A DNA stretch of 64,000 nucleotides, taken from positions 139,288 through 203,287 of the forward strand of contig CAYLPP010000003.1 in NCBI GenBank assembly GCA_964385615.1, read 5' to 3'. Below are positions 1 to 10,148 of the stretch, in pieces; position 1 is the first letter of the stretch, and every line of letters starts with the position of its first letter. The notes beneath the pieces were generated by a model. That model saw only the letters and a list, made by a program, of their open reading frames with translations, made no database searches and was not told the DNA's origin. The translations under genes and the position numbers were made by a program. This DNA comes from an uncultured bacterium. Lineage in GTDB: Bacteria; Omnitrophota; Omnitrophia; Omnitrophales; Aquincolibacteriaceae.

Positions 1-129
1 TGTCGGGAAACCAATGGGCGTAAATATGGGTAGTGGGGGTAATCAAAAAGAAAATAAATCCCGTCAGCAGAATATTGACCGGAAACAATATCTTTTCAAA
101 ATTGATAGGTTTCACGGTTGGATTTTAAA

Positions 130-1011
130 TCAGGAAGGCGGGGCCTTTAAGTCTTCTTTAATGACAATTTCTTCCGCTCCGCCGGTGTCAACGGAGTAAT
201 AGACATCATCCTCATAAACGATTTTACCCCGGATCGTCTTACCGCTCTTTAGCTTAAAATCCAGGCTTCCTTCAGGCGGCGGAGCTTTGGGCTTCTGCAC
301 GGCCGGCTGGCTTTTGGCCGACGGCGCAAGCATGGACTGGCCGGGTTTGGCTTTGGGCAATACAGGAACGATATTCCCGGGAATCGAGGGAGAAGCGTCG
401 GAGATTTTTACTTGTGAACCGGATTGAGCATTCAAACCGCCCGCTTTAGCTTTAAAAAAATAGGTGTATCCCAGAAAACCGCCGGCCGCGATGATGATCA
501 CAAGCAGGACAATTCTCGCACGCTTCTGTTTAACACGCATGGCTTCGGCTTCACCCGATTCCTCGCGTTCGGCTTTCTTGGCTTCCATTTCCTCAGCTTC
601 TGAAATCCCCCGCTTTTTCAGCTCATGAAACGCGAGAGTGCCTCGAATGCCGTTGATAAAATTAATTGAAAAAAGGATGGGAATAAACCATCGCATACTT
701 TCCCCGTGCGCGGCCAAAAGTTTTGCCATTTCCAGCTGACCATAAACGTAAAAGCCTAAAACCGCCAGAGCCGCGATACGCGACATGCGCGTGATAGCGA
801 AACCCAGAACCAGAAAAACCGCCATATCAATGTAGCCGGTACTGTCGATCCCTGAAAAAACCGGATGCCCGTGCGTATTGAGCCATGAAATGATGCCCGT
901 AACGGTTCCAACAAGAATGGCCGTGCCCGCGCCAAGGCCGGCAGCTCTCCGGGATTCTTCAAAATCATCGACAGACGGCCAGTAAAGCCGCTTGAAGGAG
1001 GATTCACCCAT
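130..1011 (-). CDS. Hypothetical multi-pass membrane protein with a Pro/Lys-rich C-terminal tail. The start is probably the internal Met of MGESSF; the ORF-track start at 1080 would overlap the upstream gene by 76 nt.
   Basis: Long minus-strand ORF with several hydrophobic helices and a charged coiled segment (EEMEAKKAEREESGEAEAMR). No recognisable family motif. Confidence 0.45.
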   Translation of the reverse strand: MGESSFKRLYWPSVDDFEESRRAAGLGAGTAILVGTVTGIISWLNTHGHPVFSGIDSTGYIDMAVFLVLGFAITRMSRIAALAVLGFYVYGQLEMAKLLAAHGESMRWFIPILFSINFINGIRGTLAFHELKKRGISEAEEMEAKKAEREESGEAEAMRVKQKRARIVLLVIIIAAGGFLGYTYFFKAKAGGLNAQSGSQVKISDASPSIPGNIVPVLPKAKPGQSMLAPSAKSQPAVQKPKAPPPEGSLDFKLKSGKTIRGKIVYEDDVYYSVDTGGAEEIVIKEDLKAPPS

Positions 1012-2119
1012 TATTTTCTTCGAAGATTCTTTCGAACTCTTTGTGGATTTTCCTGAAGGCTTCCAGAAGTTCGGGGTCAAAATGCTGAGGCATCACCCGG
1101 CCGTCGCCCTCAAGGATGATTTTGCAGGTTTTTTCGTGAGAAAAGGGCTCTTTATAATGGCGCTTACTGCGCAGAGCGTCATAAACGTCCACCAGAGAAA
1201 CGATACGGGCCTGAATCGGAATTTCTTTTCCTTTAAGCCCATTGGGATATCCCGAACCGTCCCACCGCTCATGATGATTGAGAGCGATAATCGCGCCCAG
1301 TTTCAGGATCGGCGCGTCAGAATCTTTTAAAATTTCATACCCAATTTTCGGGTGCGTCTTCATGACAGACCATTCATCCGCGTCCAGCGAAGACTGCTTG
1401 AAAAGGATTTTATCGGGAATTCCGATTTTGCCGATATCGTGCATCGGGCTGGCGTAAAGCATGAGTTCGACTTCCTGCTCATTCATACCGATCGCCCGGC
1501 CCAATTCGGCGGAGTAAAGCGACAGACGTTTGACATGGTCGGCGGTTTCTTCATCTTTATATTCCGTCGCGCGCGTCAGCCGGTAAATGGTTTCAATATA
1601 AGCCTGCTTGACCTGCTTATGAAGAAGGTCGAGGTCCGTAATCGCCTGGCGTAACTGCTCCGTGCGGTCCTGCACTTTATTGGCCAGAAAACCCGCTTTT
1701 TTCTCAAGCTCCGTGTGAAGTTTGCGGACTTTTAAAAGATTTTGAATACGGGCTAAAACTTCTGACGCCTTGTACGGTTTATTTAAAAAGTCCGTCGCGC
1801 CGGAACTCAGCGCGCGCAAGCAGATCTCCTCATCCGTCTCTCCGGTCAGCACCAAAAACGGCACGAATGTTTCCTGCTGAATCCCGCGCAAAACCTGCAT
1901 GACTTCAAAACCGTCCATGAACGGCATTTTGATATCAAGCATCACAAGGTCAGGCTGAAATTGCCGGTAAACGGATTCAGCTTGGCGGGGGTCTGAAATA
2001 TAGCGGACCATGCTGTAATCATGATCCTTGAGGACTTCTTCGAGAGTCATGCCGATGTTGACGTCATCGTCAATAATGAGGATACGGGACTGCAATAAAC
2101 CGCTTTCTAGTTCGACCAC
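1004..2119 (-). CDS. Two-component response regulator with a receiver domain fused to an HD-GYP domain, a putative c-di-GMP phosphodiesterase of the RpfG type.
   Basis: N-terminal receiver (ILIIDDDVNIG...DLVMLDIKMPFMDGFEV). C-terminal HD domain with HDIGKIGIP and HHERWDGSGYPNGLKG, the HD-GYP signature. Confidence 0.85.
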   Translation of the reverse strand: MVELESGLLQSRILIIDDDVNIGMTLEEVLKDHDYSMVRYISDPRQAESVYRQFQPDLVMLDIKMPFMDGFEVMQVLRGIQQETFVPFLVLTGETDEEICLRALSSGATDFLNKPYKASEVLARIQNLLKVRKLHTELEKKAGFLANKVQDRTEQLRQAITDLDLLHKQVKQAYIETIYRLTRATEYKDEETADHVKRLSLYSAELGRAIGMNEQEVELMLYASPMHDIGKIGIPDKILFKQSSLDADEWSVMKTHPKIGYEILKDSDAPILKLGAIIALNHHERWDGSGYPNGLKGKEIPIQARIVSLVDVYDALRSKRHYKEPFSHEKTCKIILEGDGRVMPQHFDPELLEAFRKIHKEFERIFEENNG

Positions 2120-2274
2120 TGCCTGCTCCTGCTGTTGTCTCTCTCTTTTTTTAGTGTTAATCGAAGTATGCCCGCAGAGAGGAGCGCGTGCAACTAAACA
2201 GGCTGATTTTTATTAAAAAAAGCGGGAGGGAAGAGAGTTTTTAAAGGCTTGAAAAGAAGATTTTGTAGAGGGAG

Positions 2275-3018
2275 TCAGGACTGAAAGAAGCCTGAAAGCT
2301 TCTCTTTTGCCTTACCAAGAATTTCCCCGGCCTGGGCCCCGAGCTGATTGGCCGCTTCCCCTACCTGGGCATTAAGGATGCTGGTGCCGGCATACTTTAA
2401 AACCGCGCTGATCAGCTGCTGGGTCACGCTCAGCGGGTCTGTGACATTTTCAAGAACCTGATGACTGATATTCAGCGGGTACTCCTTGCGGAAAACCGGA
2501 TCGCGGGCACTGTCAGCGTAAATCAGTTTTCCCAGGCTGAATTCCGCGCGGTCGACAATCAGGTTTCGCGAACCGGCGCGGGAATAACCTGAAGACGAAA
2601 CAGCCGCGTGCGCGGTTCCCCGCCCCGACTCAGCCTGAGCGCGCTGTTTGGCTTCAAGATTCTTTCTAAGTTCATTAAGATTCACTTCATTGGCTCCGTT
2701 TTTCTCGACTGTCATTTCCTGAATATTGATCCGGAGGTTTGTAATATGCGTTTTGCCTTTGAGAAAATCCAAGGGCTCAACCTGAATCAGAATTTCGGGA
2801 ATCACGGCCAGGTACGGCTCACGGAAATGTTTGAGGTTTCGGATGCGCACCCGGGTCGCCTGAATTTCCGGCGGCGACAGGCTGACGCGCAGACCGCCGA
2901 TCCTCACCTGCGTTCCCGTGTTTTTTTCAATGGCCCAATCCAGCCCCGCGCGGGCTACAAAATAAAGGATGACAAGCAGGACGGCAAGACGGATCAGGAG
3001 GCGGATGAGTTTAAACAT
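2275..3018 (-). CDS. Hypothetical protein with an N-terminal membrane anchor, possibly AsmA/DUF748-like.
   Basis: N-terminal TM helix (LIRLAVLLVILYFVARAGL) followed by a soluble domain. No diagnostic motif. Confidence 0.4.
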   Translation of the reverse strand: MFKLIRLLIRLAVLLVILYFVARAGLDWAIEKNTGTQVRIGGLRVSLSPPEIQATRVRIRNLKHFREPYLAVIPEILIQVEPLDFLKGKTHITNLRINIQEMTVEKNGANEVNLNELRKNLEAKQRAQAESGRGTAHAAVSSSGYSRAGSRNLIVDRAEFSLGKLIYADSARDPVFRKEYPLNISHQVLENVTDPLSVTQQLISAVLKYAGTSILNAQVGEAANQLGAQAGEILGKAKEKLSGFFQS

Positions 3019-3025
3019 AAATCCC

Positions 3026-3367
3026 CTAGATAAGTTTAGAGCGGAACATAAGGAAAATAGGCCAGAACGCGAGGCTGAGTGAAAACGCGATCAGGCCGAA
3101 TTCGCAGAGAAAATAGAAAAGCGAGAGCGGGAAACGCGCCCATTTTGTTTTTTCATCCGCGCGCTTGAGATGGCGCCAGACAACCGCCTGAATGATAGCG
3201 ATAATCGCGAAAAGGACGGCGTACCCCATGGGCTTCATGGGAGGCGCCAAACGCATGGCTCCTTTGACGGCCGTAAAATGATAGAAGAAATAGCCGAGGG
3301 CCGAAGCGCCCAGAAAAATCGTCGACTTGCGGTCTTCGAAAAAATCTTCGATTTTTTCTTTTTTCAC
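3026..3367 (-). CDS. Small hypothetical membrane protein, 113 aa.
   Basis: ORF with 3 predicted hydrophobic helices, tightly packed between flanking minus-strand genes. Confidence 0.35.
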   Translation of the reverse strand: MKKEKIEDFFEDRKSTIFLGASALGYFFYHFTAVKGAMRLAPPMKPMGYAVLFAIIAIIQAVVWRHLKRADEKTKWARFPLSLFYFLCEFGLIAFSLSLAFWPIFLMFRSKLI

Positions 3368-5478
3368 GGCTCCCTCACTTCCAGCATTTTAAACACAAAA
3401 GCGTATTCGAAAGCGATTTCTTTCAGGCTGTCGTAACGGCCGGACGGCCCGCCGTGACCTGAATCCATTTCCATTTTAACCAGAATCGCCGTTTTGGCAC
3501 GGTTATTTTCTCTCAACTTCGCCGCCCACTTGGCAGGCTCCCAGTAAGAAACCCGGGGGTCGTTCAAACCGCCGGTAATCAGGATGTTTGGATATTCTGC
3601 CGGCTTGACGTTATCGTAAGGCGAATATTCCTGGATGCTTTTAAAAAACACCGGGTCCTGCGGGTTTCCCCATTCTTCGTATTCCGTCACGGTCAAAGGC
3701 AGGGTCGGATCCAGCATGGTGTTCAAAACGTCCACAAAAGGCACCATCGCGATCACCGCTTTAAAAAGATCGGGCCGAAGATTGATGCAGGCACCCATCA
3801 GAAGCCCTCCCGCGCTGCCTCCGCAAATCGCGAGTTCCGAAGCCGAAGTGTATTTCTCTTGAATGAGATGTTCCGCGCAGGCGATAAAATCCAGAAACGT
3901 GTTTTTCTTTTTCAGAAGTTTGCCGTCATCGTACCAGGGCCGGCCCAAATCCCCTCCGCCCCGGATATGCGCAAGCGCGAAAACAAAACCCCGGTCCAGC
4001 AGGCTGAGGCGTGAGGATGAAAAAACCGGATCCATGCTGATTCCGTAGGAACCGTAACCGTAGAGAAAGCAGGGTGCGGAACCGTCTCTTTTCAGCCCTT
4101 TCTTATAAACAACTGAAACCGGAACTTTCACCCCGTCATGAGAAACCGCGAAAATACGCTCTGAGGCGTATTTTGACTTATCGTAACCGCCCAGAACTTC
4201 CTGTCTCTTCTTCAATTCTTTTGCCCGGGTTTCAAGATCGTAGTCGTAAACCGTATGCGGTGTAACCATGGAACTGTACTCAAAGCGAAGGATTTTAGAA
4301 TCAAAATCACGGTTGGCTCCGCCCCACGCGCTGTAAACCGGGTCTTCAAATTCGATAAAATGACTTTGAGCGTCTGAAAGACGGATGATCTGGATTTTTT
4401 CCAACCCATTCTCGCGCTGATACACGGCCAGATACTCCCGGAACACATCCACACCTTCCAGTTTCACTTCCGGTTTATGCGCGATCCGGTCTTTCCAGTT
4501 TTTCAAACCGCAATTTTCAACCGGCGCCTCGCACAGACGGAAATTCACAGCCGTATCATTGGTCAGGATGAGAAATTTTCCGCCGTGATGCTCAACGGAA
4601 TACTCCACTTCCTTACGGCGGGGCTCAATGACTTTAAAATCATCCATCGGCTTTTCAGCCGGAAGAAACCGGCATTCGGCCGTTGTCTTGCTGGAGGAAT
4701 GAATCACGATATACTTCCGGTCCTTGGTTTTGTAAGCCCCCAGAAAAAACGACTCGTCCTTTTCATGGAAAATCAATTTGTCTTCGGCGGGATCGCTTCC
4801 CAGCGTGTGCCGGTAAATCTGAAACGGCCGTTTCATTTCATCCTGGATGCTGTAAAAGAAAGTCCGGCTGTCGGCCGCCCATTCAAAACTGCCCGCGGTT
4901 TTCAAAATGACGTCCGGCAGAAGTTCGCCGGTAGAAAGGTTTTTGAAACGCAGGGTGTAGGTTTCGGAACCGTCGGTATCCACGGAAAAAGCCAGCAGGT
5001 TTTGATCCGGACTGACTTTCAAGACACCGAGACTAAAATAAGACTGCCCCTGAGCGAGCTGATTGCCGTCGACCAGGATTTCTTCAAGCGCGTCGAGACT
5101 GCCTTTTTTACGGCAGTGAATTGAGTACTGCTTCCCCTGCTCCGTGCGTGAGTAATAAAAGTAGCCGGCATAACGGACTGGAACGGACATATCCGTCTCT
5201 TTAATCCGGCCCAAAATTTCTTTGTAGAGTTTTTCCTGAAGTTCTTCCGTGTCTTTCATGAAGAGCCGGGTGTATTCATTTTCCGCCTTCAGGTGATTGA
5301 TCACGGCAGGGTTTTCCTTTTCACGAAGCCAAAAGTAGTCATCGTGCCAAGTTTTTCCGTGAACGGAAATTTCGCGGGAAATCTTTTTCAGTCCCGGAGG
5401 AAAGACTTCAGAGGATACGCTACCAGGTTTGCTTTTCATAGTCCGTCCGGTCATATTTACCATCTTTATTTGTGTCAA
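3364..5478 (-). CDS. ptrB: Oligopeptidase B (protease II), a prolyl-oligopeptidase-family S9A serine peptidase. The true start may be a later Met at 5439 or 5454.
   Basis: N-terminal beta-propeller region (ISVHGKTWHDDYFWLRE). C-terminal alpha/beta-hydrolase with GGSAGGLLMGACINLRPDLF (nucleophile Ser) and the catalytic His region. Confidence 0.85.
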   Translation of the reverse strand: MTQIKMVNMTGRTMKSKPGSVSSEVFPPGLKKISREISVHGKTWHDDYFWLREKENPAVINHLKAENEYTRLFMKDTEELQEKLYKEILGRIKETDMSVPVRYAGYFYYSRTEQGKQYSIHCRKKGSLDALEEILVDGNQLAQGQSYFSLGVLKVSPDQNLLAFSVDTDGSETYTLRFKNLSTGELLPDVILKTAGSFEWAADSRTFFYSIQDEMKRPFQIYRHTLGSDPAEDKLIFHEKDESFFLGAYKTKDRKYIVIHSSSKTTAECRFLPAEKPMDDFKVIEPRRKEVEYSVEHHGGKFLILTNDTAVNFRLCEAPVENCGLKNWKDRIAHKPEVKLEGVDVFREYLAVYQRENGLEKIQIIRLSDAQSHFIEFEDPVYSAWGGANRDFDSKILRFEYSSMVTPHTVYDYDLETRAKELKKRQEVLGGYDKSKYASERIFAVSHDGVKVPVSVVYKKGLKRDGSAPCFLYGYGSYGISMDPVFSSSRLSLLDRGFVFALAHIRGGGDLGRPWYDDGKLLKKKNTFLDFIACAEHLIQEKYTSASELAICGGSAGGLLMGACINLRPDLFKAVIAMVPFVDVLNTMLDPTLPLTVTEYEEWGNPQDPVFFKSIQEYSPYDNVKPAEYPNILITGGLNDPRVSYWEPAKWAAKLRENNRAKTAILVKMEMDSGHGGPSGRYDSLKEIAFEYAFVFKMLEVREP

Positions 5479-6016
5479 AATGCAGACCGTCCTGCCTGCG
5501 GATGTATTGCACTTCTTTTTCGGAACCCCCGAGTTTTTTCAGCGTTTCTTTTTCCTTCGCCATACATTCCAGCTCTTCTTTCTGCTGAGCTTCATACGAA
5601 GGATTCCCGTAGCCGTTTTTGGCGCGCATTTCAACATGGCAAGCTTCGTGCACAAGTATCGCTCCTAATCCAGGTCCGGAAGTTTTATTCAAAGTGTCTT
5701 CTTTTAAGTAAATTGTAGGCCTCTCGGAATAAGCGCTGACAACGGAGCGGTCTCCTTTTTCAATCGCTTTGATATATTTCAAAACATATTGAAGGTCATA
5801 ATAAGATTTTTTCTTGAGGAGTTTCAAAGCGGAATCCACCCGCCCGCAGAAAGCCATCCCCCCTTTAACAGGAATCCCCATGATCACAGATTCGTTTTTG
5901 GGATGTTTAAACGGCTCAAGATAATCCGTGTTCGGGTCTTTCTTCGCGTCAGCCGCGCCCGCGCTGACAGAACCCAGGAACAGCGATAGGATTAGAAAAA
6001 TGATGTTTTTTTTCAT
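5420..6016 (-). CDS. Small secreted protein with an HExxH motif, a putative zinc-metallopeptidase-like protein.
   Basis: Signal peptide (MKKNIIFLILSLFLGSVSAGAA). ILVHEACHVEM contains HExxH. Confidence 0.45.
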   Translation of the reverse strand: MKKNIIFLILSLFLGSVSAGAADAKKDPNTDYLEPFKHPKNESVIMGIPVKGGMAFCGRVDSALKLLKKKSYYDLQYVLKYIKAIEKGDRSVVSAYSERPTIYLKEDTLNKTSGPGLGAILVHEACHVEMRAKNGYGNPSYEAQQKEELECMAKEKETLKKLGGSEKEVQYIRRQDGLHFDTNKDGKYDRTDYEKQTW

Positions 6017-6055
6017 TCTCCTTAAGTATCGGACATCTGGATTTTTTCCGAAACG

Positions 6056-8089
6056 TTATTTGCGGTCTTTGGGAGAAATATCAATCGTGATTTGGGTTTC
6101 GGAACGCCCGGAAGGAGACGCTTTTAACGGCAGTTCGTAGCGGACCTGGTCAAACAGGCAAATGGAAGAATCCTTACGACAGTAATAAAAAACGCCGTCG
6201 AGAGTCAGCGTGTTTTCCCCGGGTTTCACCATGAGCGGAATCTGAAACGGAAGTTCACGGCGCTCTTTATCAATAATCTTGGCGTCACCGCTGACATACA
6301 CGATCATCTTTCCGTCAGACTTAACATCCACGTGAATCGGCGCGTTATGCGTGAATTCGTAACCCTTCGGCAGTTCGAACGTCACATTCAGAAACGTTTT
6401 ACCTTCGCGGATTTTTTTCTCGCGGAGCTTCACCAGACGCCCGTGAAAATCTTTAAGCAGATGCTTCGCCAGTTTCTCCATTCCCTTCAGCTCCAGCGTA
6501 CTGACTGTACCCGCGCCTCGGTCAATCACCCGTATCTGATGATTGTTCGTGTCGGCCACGTAAATTTTGCCATCCAGGACCGCGGCACCGCCGGGCTCAT
6601 AAAATTGAGCTTCGCTTAAACTTCCGTCTTTCAGTCCGTGCTCCCCGGTACCCGCGTAGGTCTTGCTGGTTTTAGAACCCGGCGCGATGATTTTAATTTT
6701 TGAATTGTACGTATCCGCGGTAATCAGATACATCCCGTCCCACGCGACTCCCAGCGCGTGCTGAAGCCTCGCGGTTTCACGTCCTCCGTCAATATCCCCG
6801 AACTCAAAAAGATCTTCACCGATCAAAGTTTCTACATTTCCAGCGGGATTCAAATCCGCGGCACGCACCGAACTGACTTCGCTGTCCGCGAAATAAAGCT
6901 TTGATCCGTCAGTCGTAATCCCGCTCGGCTGTGCCAGCGCGGATGAAAGCAAAGGGCCGTCCACGCGGGCTTCAGCGCCTGAACCGGCAAAAGGCTCGGC
7001 GTCCCAAGTTTCAAGATCCGCTTTCCAAAGCTGATGAGAACCGGCCATGGCGATATAAAGTTTTCCGTTCAAAACCAGAAGGTCCCACGGAGAGTTCAGC
7101 GGAACATCGGTTCCCCGTCCGCGCAAACCTTCGATATAGCCGGCTTTCTTTCCAGTACCCAAGACGGTCGTCACTTCTCTCGTCTTAAGGTCAGCCCGGC
7201 GCACCAAATGATTTTCCGTATCCGCGATATAAAGCAAATCTCCATCCGCGAACATTCCCTGAGGGTGATTAAACTCCGCGTTCTCAAACCGTCCGTCCTT
7301 AGCGCCTTCGGCTCCGTTACCGATAGCATCCAGAATATTTCCGCCGGCATCCGCGATCAAGATGCGGTTATGGTTGGAGTCACTGATGAAAAGTTTTTTA
7401 GAAACGGGATCCGCGTGAATTTTCCCCGGGAATGAAAGCAGGGTCTTATCCTGAGCTTCTTTTTCAAGCGCGAACTCAACCGGCCCGCGTTTGAGCTGGC
7501 CTTTGGCGTCAAAATAACGGATGGTCTCAGCGATCAGGCCGTCAAAGAGGTCAAAAACATCTTCGCCCGACTGCGCGGCGATAATCCTGCCGTTGGGATT
7601 GATAAGCACAAGCGTCGGCCAGGCATGAACGCCGTACTGCTGCCAGACTTCCATTTCAGAATCGTTGACGACCGGGTGCTTGATTTCATAACGCATGACC
7701 GCCTGGCGGATGGAATCCGTATTTTTTTCATTTTCGAATTTGGCGGAATGGACGCCGATCACAACCAGCTCCTGCCCGTATTTTTCTTCCAATTTTTTCA
7801 GGTCGGGAATGACGTGCATGCAGTTGATGCAGCAGTAAGTCCAAAAATCCAGGAGAACAATTTTTCCGTGAAGACCTTTAATGGAAAGGGGTTTTTCCGT
7901 ATTAAGCCACTGGAGGCCTGAGGGAAACTCAGGCGCGCGCACAAGGCCTTCAAAGCGGGTGTCGAAAGTCTCGGGGCGGTCGGGTTTTGATGCCATAGCG
8001 GAAAGATCCGGGTTACGCGCGGAGGCGAACACAACAGTCAGAAGGCAGATGAGCCCCGCCGTAAAACGTGAAGGCCTTTTGCTTTTCAT
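6056..8089 (-). CDS. Secreted thioredoxin-fold (TlpA/redoxin-like) protein fused to NHL-repeat beta-propeller domains.
   Basis: Signal peptide. CxxC redox motif (WTYCCINCMHVIP). Repeated NHL-like units (FNHPQGMFADGDLLYIADTENHLVRRADL, YVADTNNHQIRVID). Confidence 0.75.
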   Translation of the reverse strand: MKSKRPSRFTAGLICLLTVVFASARNPDLSAMASKPDRPETFDTRFEGLVRAPEFPSGLQWLNTEKPLSIKGLHGKIVLLDFWTYCCINCMHVIPDLKKLEEKYGQELVVIGVHSAKFENEKNTDSIRQAVMRYEIKHPVVNDSEMEVWQQYGVHAWPTLVLINPNGRIIAAQSGEDVFDLFDGLIAETIRYFDAKGQLKRGPVEFALEKEAQDKTLLSFPGKIHADPVSKKLFISDSNHNRILIADAGGNILDAIGNGAEGAKDGRFENAEFNHPQGMFADGDLLYIADTENHLVRRADLKTREVTTVLGTGKKAGYIEGLRGRGTDVPLNSPWDLLVLNGKLYIAMAGSHQLWKADLETWDAEPFAGSGAEARVDGPLLSSALAQPSGITTDGSKLYFADSEVSSVRAADLNPAGNVETLIGEDLFEFGDIDGGRETARLQHALGVAWDGMYLITADTYNSKIKIIAPGSKTSKTYAGTGEHGLKDGSLSEAQFYEPGGAAVLDGKIYVADTNNHQIRVIDRGAGTVSTLELKGMEKLAKHLLKDFHGRLVKLREKKIREGKTFLNVTFELPKGYEFTHNAPIHVDVKSDGKMIVYVSGDAKIIDKERRELPFQIPLMVKPGENTLTLDGVFYYCRKDSSICLFDQVRYELPLKASPSGRSETQITIDISPKDRK

Positions 8090-8156
8090 GGATCCCCTCT
8101 TTCTATAGGGTTCTACGCAAGAGACCCAAAGTCAGATTGGCTGGGTAAAAGGCGGG

Positions 8157-8318
8157 TTATTTCTTGTCAGAATCGCCGGAACCGTCTTTAATCGCTTTCT
8201 TGAACTCGCGAATTCCGTCCCCAAGCGCCTTGCCGATTTCCGGAAGCCTTTTAGCTCCGAATAACAGCAGAACGACAAGCAGGATAACGATAATTTCCAT
8301 AGGACCTGGCATGCTCAT
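8157..8318 (-). CDS. tatA: Twin-arginine translocase subunit TatA/E, 53 aa. It is below the 60-aa cutoff and so absent from the ORF track.
   Basis: Hand translation of the minus strand gives [53 protein letters not shown], the TatA TM helix plus amphipathic helix. A GGAGG RBS lies 5 nt upstream. Confidence 0.7.
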   Translation of the reverse strand: MSMPGPMEIIVILLVVLLLFGAKRLPEIGKALGDGIREFKKAIKDGSGDSDKK

Positions 8319-8451
8319 AAAATCCTCCGATGAGCCGATAAGATATCAGAAAAGAAGGAACAAGGCAATGCCCGGAAAACCCTGCAAAAAGCAGAAAGAC
8401 GGACAGCCCGCCTTCTGGTATACTCCCTGCACCACTTAACCTGGAGGAATT

Positions 8452-9069
8452 ATGAAGACCCTGAAACCCTTTTTAACGGCCTTATTCGTTCTCTTGATCT
8501 CTACGCAAGCGTTCGCGATGACCGCGTCCTATGATCAGAAAATTTCCATGGGCGGAAAAGCGATCGCCACCATCAAAGTCAGCACCATGGATAAATTCAT
8601 GAAGGCTGAATCTGATTTCGGCGGAATGAAAAGCGTAATGCTCAGAAATGATAAGGGCGTTTACAGCTACCTTCCTGAACAAAAAGTCGCGACCAAAATT
8701 CCCGCTGAGCTTGACCGGCCTAATCTGACCCGCGATATTCCCCGTTATTTGGAATTCCTTAAAGAAAACGGCGGAGAAAAAATCGGATCCGAAAAAATCG
8801 GAAGCTACGATTGTGATGTTTATTCCTTCACGGAACCGAATATCAAAAAACCCAGCAAGGCCTGGGTCTGGAAAGAAAAATCATTCCCGATCAAAATTGA
8901 AGTTCAGGCGCCGGAAGGCACGACGATCGTTGAATTGGAAAACATTAATCTGAACGCGAAGTTTCAGGTTTCAGATTTTGATCTTCCGGGGGACGTCAGA
9001 ATCATGAACTTCCCTCCGAATCCTTCATCCGCGGCGGCCGCAGCTGTCCCAGCTGAAAAGAAAGTTTGA
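8452..9069 (+). CDS. Hypothetical secreted protein, 205 aa; one of the few plus-strand genes.
   Basis: Clear signal peptide (MKTLKPFLTALFVLLISTQAFA). Internal GSEKIGSEKIGS micro-repeat. No family motif. Confidence 0.5.
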   Translation: MKTLKPFLTALFVLLISTQAFAMTASYDQKISMGGKAIATIKVSTMDKFMKAESDFGGMKSVMLRNDKGVYSYLPEQKVATKIPAELDRPNLTRDIPRYLEFLKENGGEKIGSEKIGSYDCDVYSFTEPNIKKPSKAWVWKEKSFPIKIEVQAPEGTTIVELENINLNAKFQVSDFDLPGDVRIMNFPPNPSSAAAAAVPAEKKV

Positions 9070-9078
9070 TCTGACCGT

Positions 9079-9258
9079 TTAATTTCCGGGGCGGGATCGG
9101 CGTTTAAAACTGTGGATTTCTTCCACAATTTCGTCGATCTTGCCCTGGTGAAACAAAGTCAACCGGCTCGACAAAAGCCTTCGTCCTAAAAATCCTACCC
9201 GCTGTCTTAAACATTCCGCCGCAATTCCCAGTTTCGCGATCTTTTTTTCAGGCATCAT
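9079..9258 (-). CDS. Possible small hypothetical protein, 59 aa.
   Basis: Hand-translated ORF MMPEKKIAKLGIAAECLRQRVGFLGRRLLSSRLTLFHQGKIDEIVEEIHSFKRRSRPGN with a GGAGG RBS upstream. No homology recognised. Confidence 0.25.
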   Translation of the reverse strand: MMPEKKIAKLGIAAECLRQRVGFLGRRLLSSRLTLFHQGKIDEIVEEIHSFKRRSRPGN

Positions 9259-9320
9259 CGAAACCTCCCGGGTTGGACCTTCTAGTAAAAGAGATCGGCC
9301 GGAAAGTTGAGGGATTGAGG

Positions 9321-10148
9321 TTAATCTTTCAGGAAAGACTGGTACCCCTCACGGAAGGTCGGGTAAAGAGGCCTGAAACCGATAGATTTTAATTTCAAGT
9401 TACGGCACCGCTTGCCGGAGCAGGAAGAATCAAACTTAAACCCGGAAGAAAAACCGGTTTTAGCCGAAAGCCAGCCGTAGAAATCCGACCTCAAAACAGG
9501 CTCATCGTCTACCCCGGTATAAATTTCTCCCGACTGAGCGCTTTTAAACAAAACCGGCACCGCGCGGACAATATCCGTAACATGAATCATGTTCACAAAT
9601 CCATTTTCAGGATTTTCCGGCCACTTCCCGGCTTTCAACGCTTCAAGACGGTTGCGCTCCGGACCGTAAATTCCCGAAAGCCTGAAAACCGCTGAAGGGA
9701 TTCCGCAGTTCAAAATCTGTCCTTCCGCGGCTTTGAGAATTTTTCCTTTTTCCGAATCAGCGTCCGCGGGTATCGACTCATCCACCCACTCCCCGCCTCT
9801 TTCACGCCAAACCGCGGTACTCGAAAGATAAAGAATAAAATTCGGGCGGGGTTTATTTTTTAAGGACTTTAAAAAATGAGCCGTGCCTTCCAGATAAATT
9901 TTCCGGTAATCGTTTTCAGTACGGCCGTCAGGCGCGGGACAAATCACGACGAAATGCGCCGGAGGCAGGGATTCTAAAGTTTCAGGCCGCGTTAAATCCG
10001 CTATGAGAGGCGTAATACCCGCCTGCCGGAACTCCGCGTGACGGCGGTCCGTGCGGGTCACAGCCCAAACTTTCTGTTTTTTGGAGATGAAATCGAAGGC
10101 AATGCGGGACCCGGTGTAACCGGCCCCAACGATTTGGATATGGTACAT
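9321..10148 (-). CDS. NAD(P)-dependent epimerase/dehydratase (SDR family).
   Basis: N-terminal Rossmann motif VGAGYTGSRIA. Length and overall pattern typical of NAD-dependent epimerases. Confidence 0.7.
   Translation of the reverse strand: MYHIQIVGAGYTGSRIAFDFISKKQKVWAVTRTDRRHAEFRQAGITPLIADLTRPETLESLPPAHFVVICPAPDGRTENDYRKIYLEGTAHFLKSLKNKPRPNFILYLSSTAVWRERGGEWVDESIPADADSEKGKILKAAEGQILNCGIPSAVFRLSGIYGPERNRLEALKAGKWPENPENGFVNMIHVTDIVRAVPVLFKSAQSGEIYTGVDDEPVLRSDFYGWLSAKTGFSSGFKFDSSCSGKRCRNLKLKSIGFRPLYPTFREGYQSFLKD

Noticed and set aside
14-199. Plus-strand 61-aa ORF at the window start.
   Set aside because: No RBS, low-complexity translation, and overlaps the 3' end of the minus-strand membrane-protein gene.
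8164-8439. Plus-strand 91-aa ORF over the tatA locus.
   Set aside because: It is the antisense frame of a clearly recognisable TatA reading frame on the minus strand, which has a GGAGG RBS.
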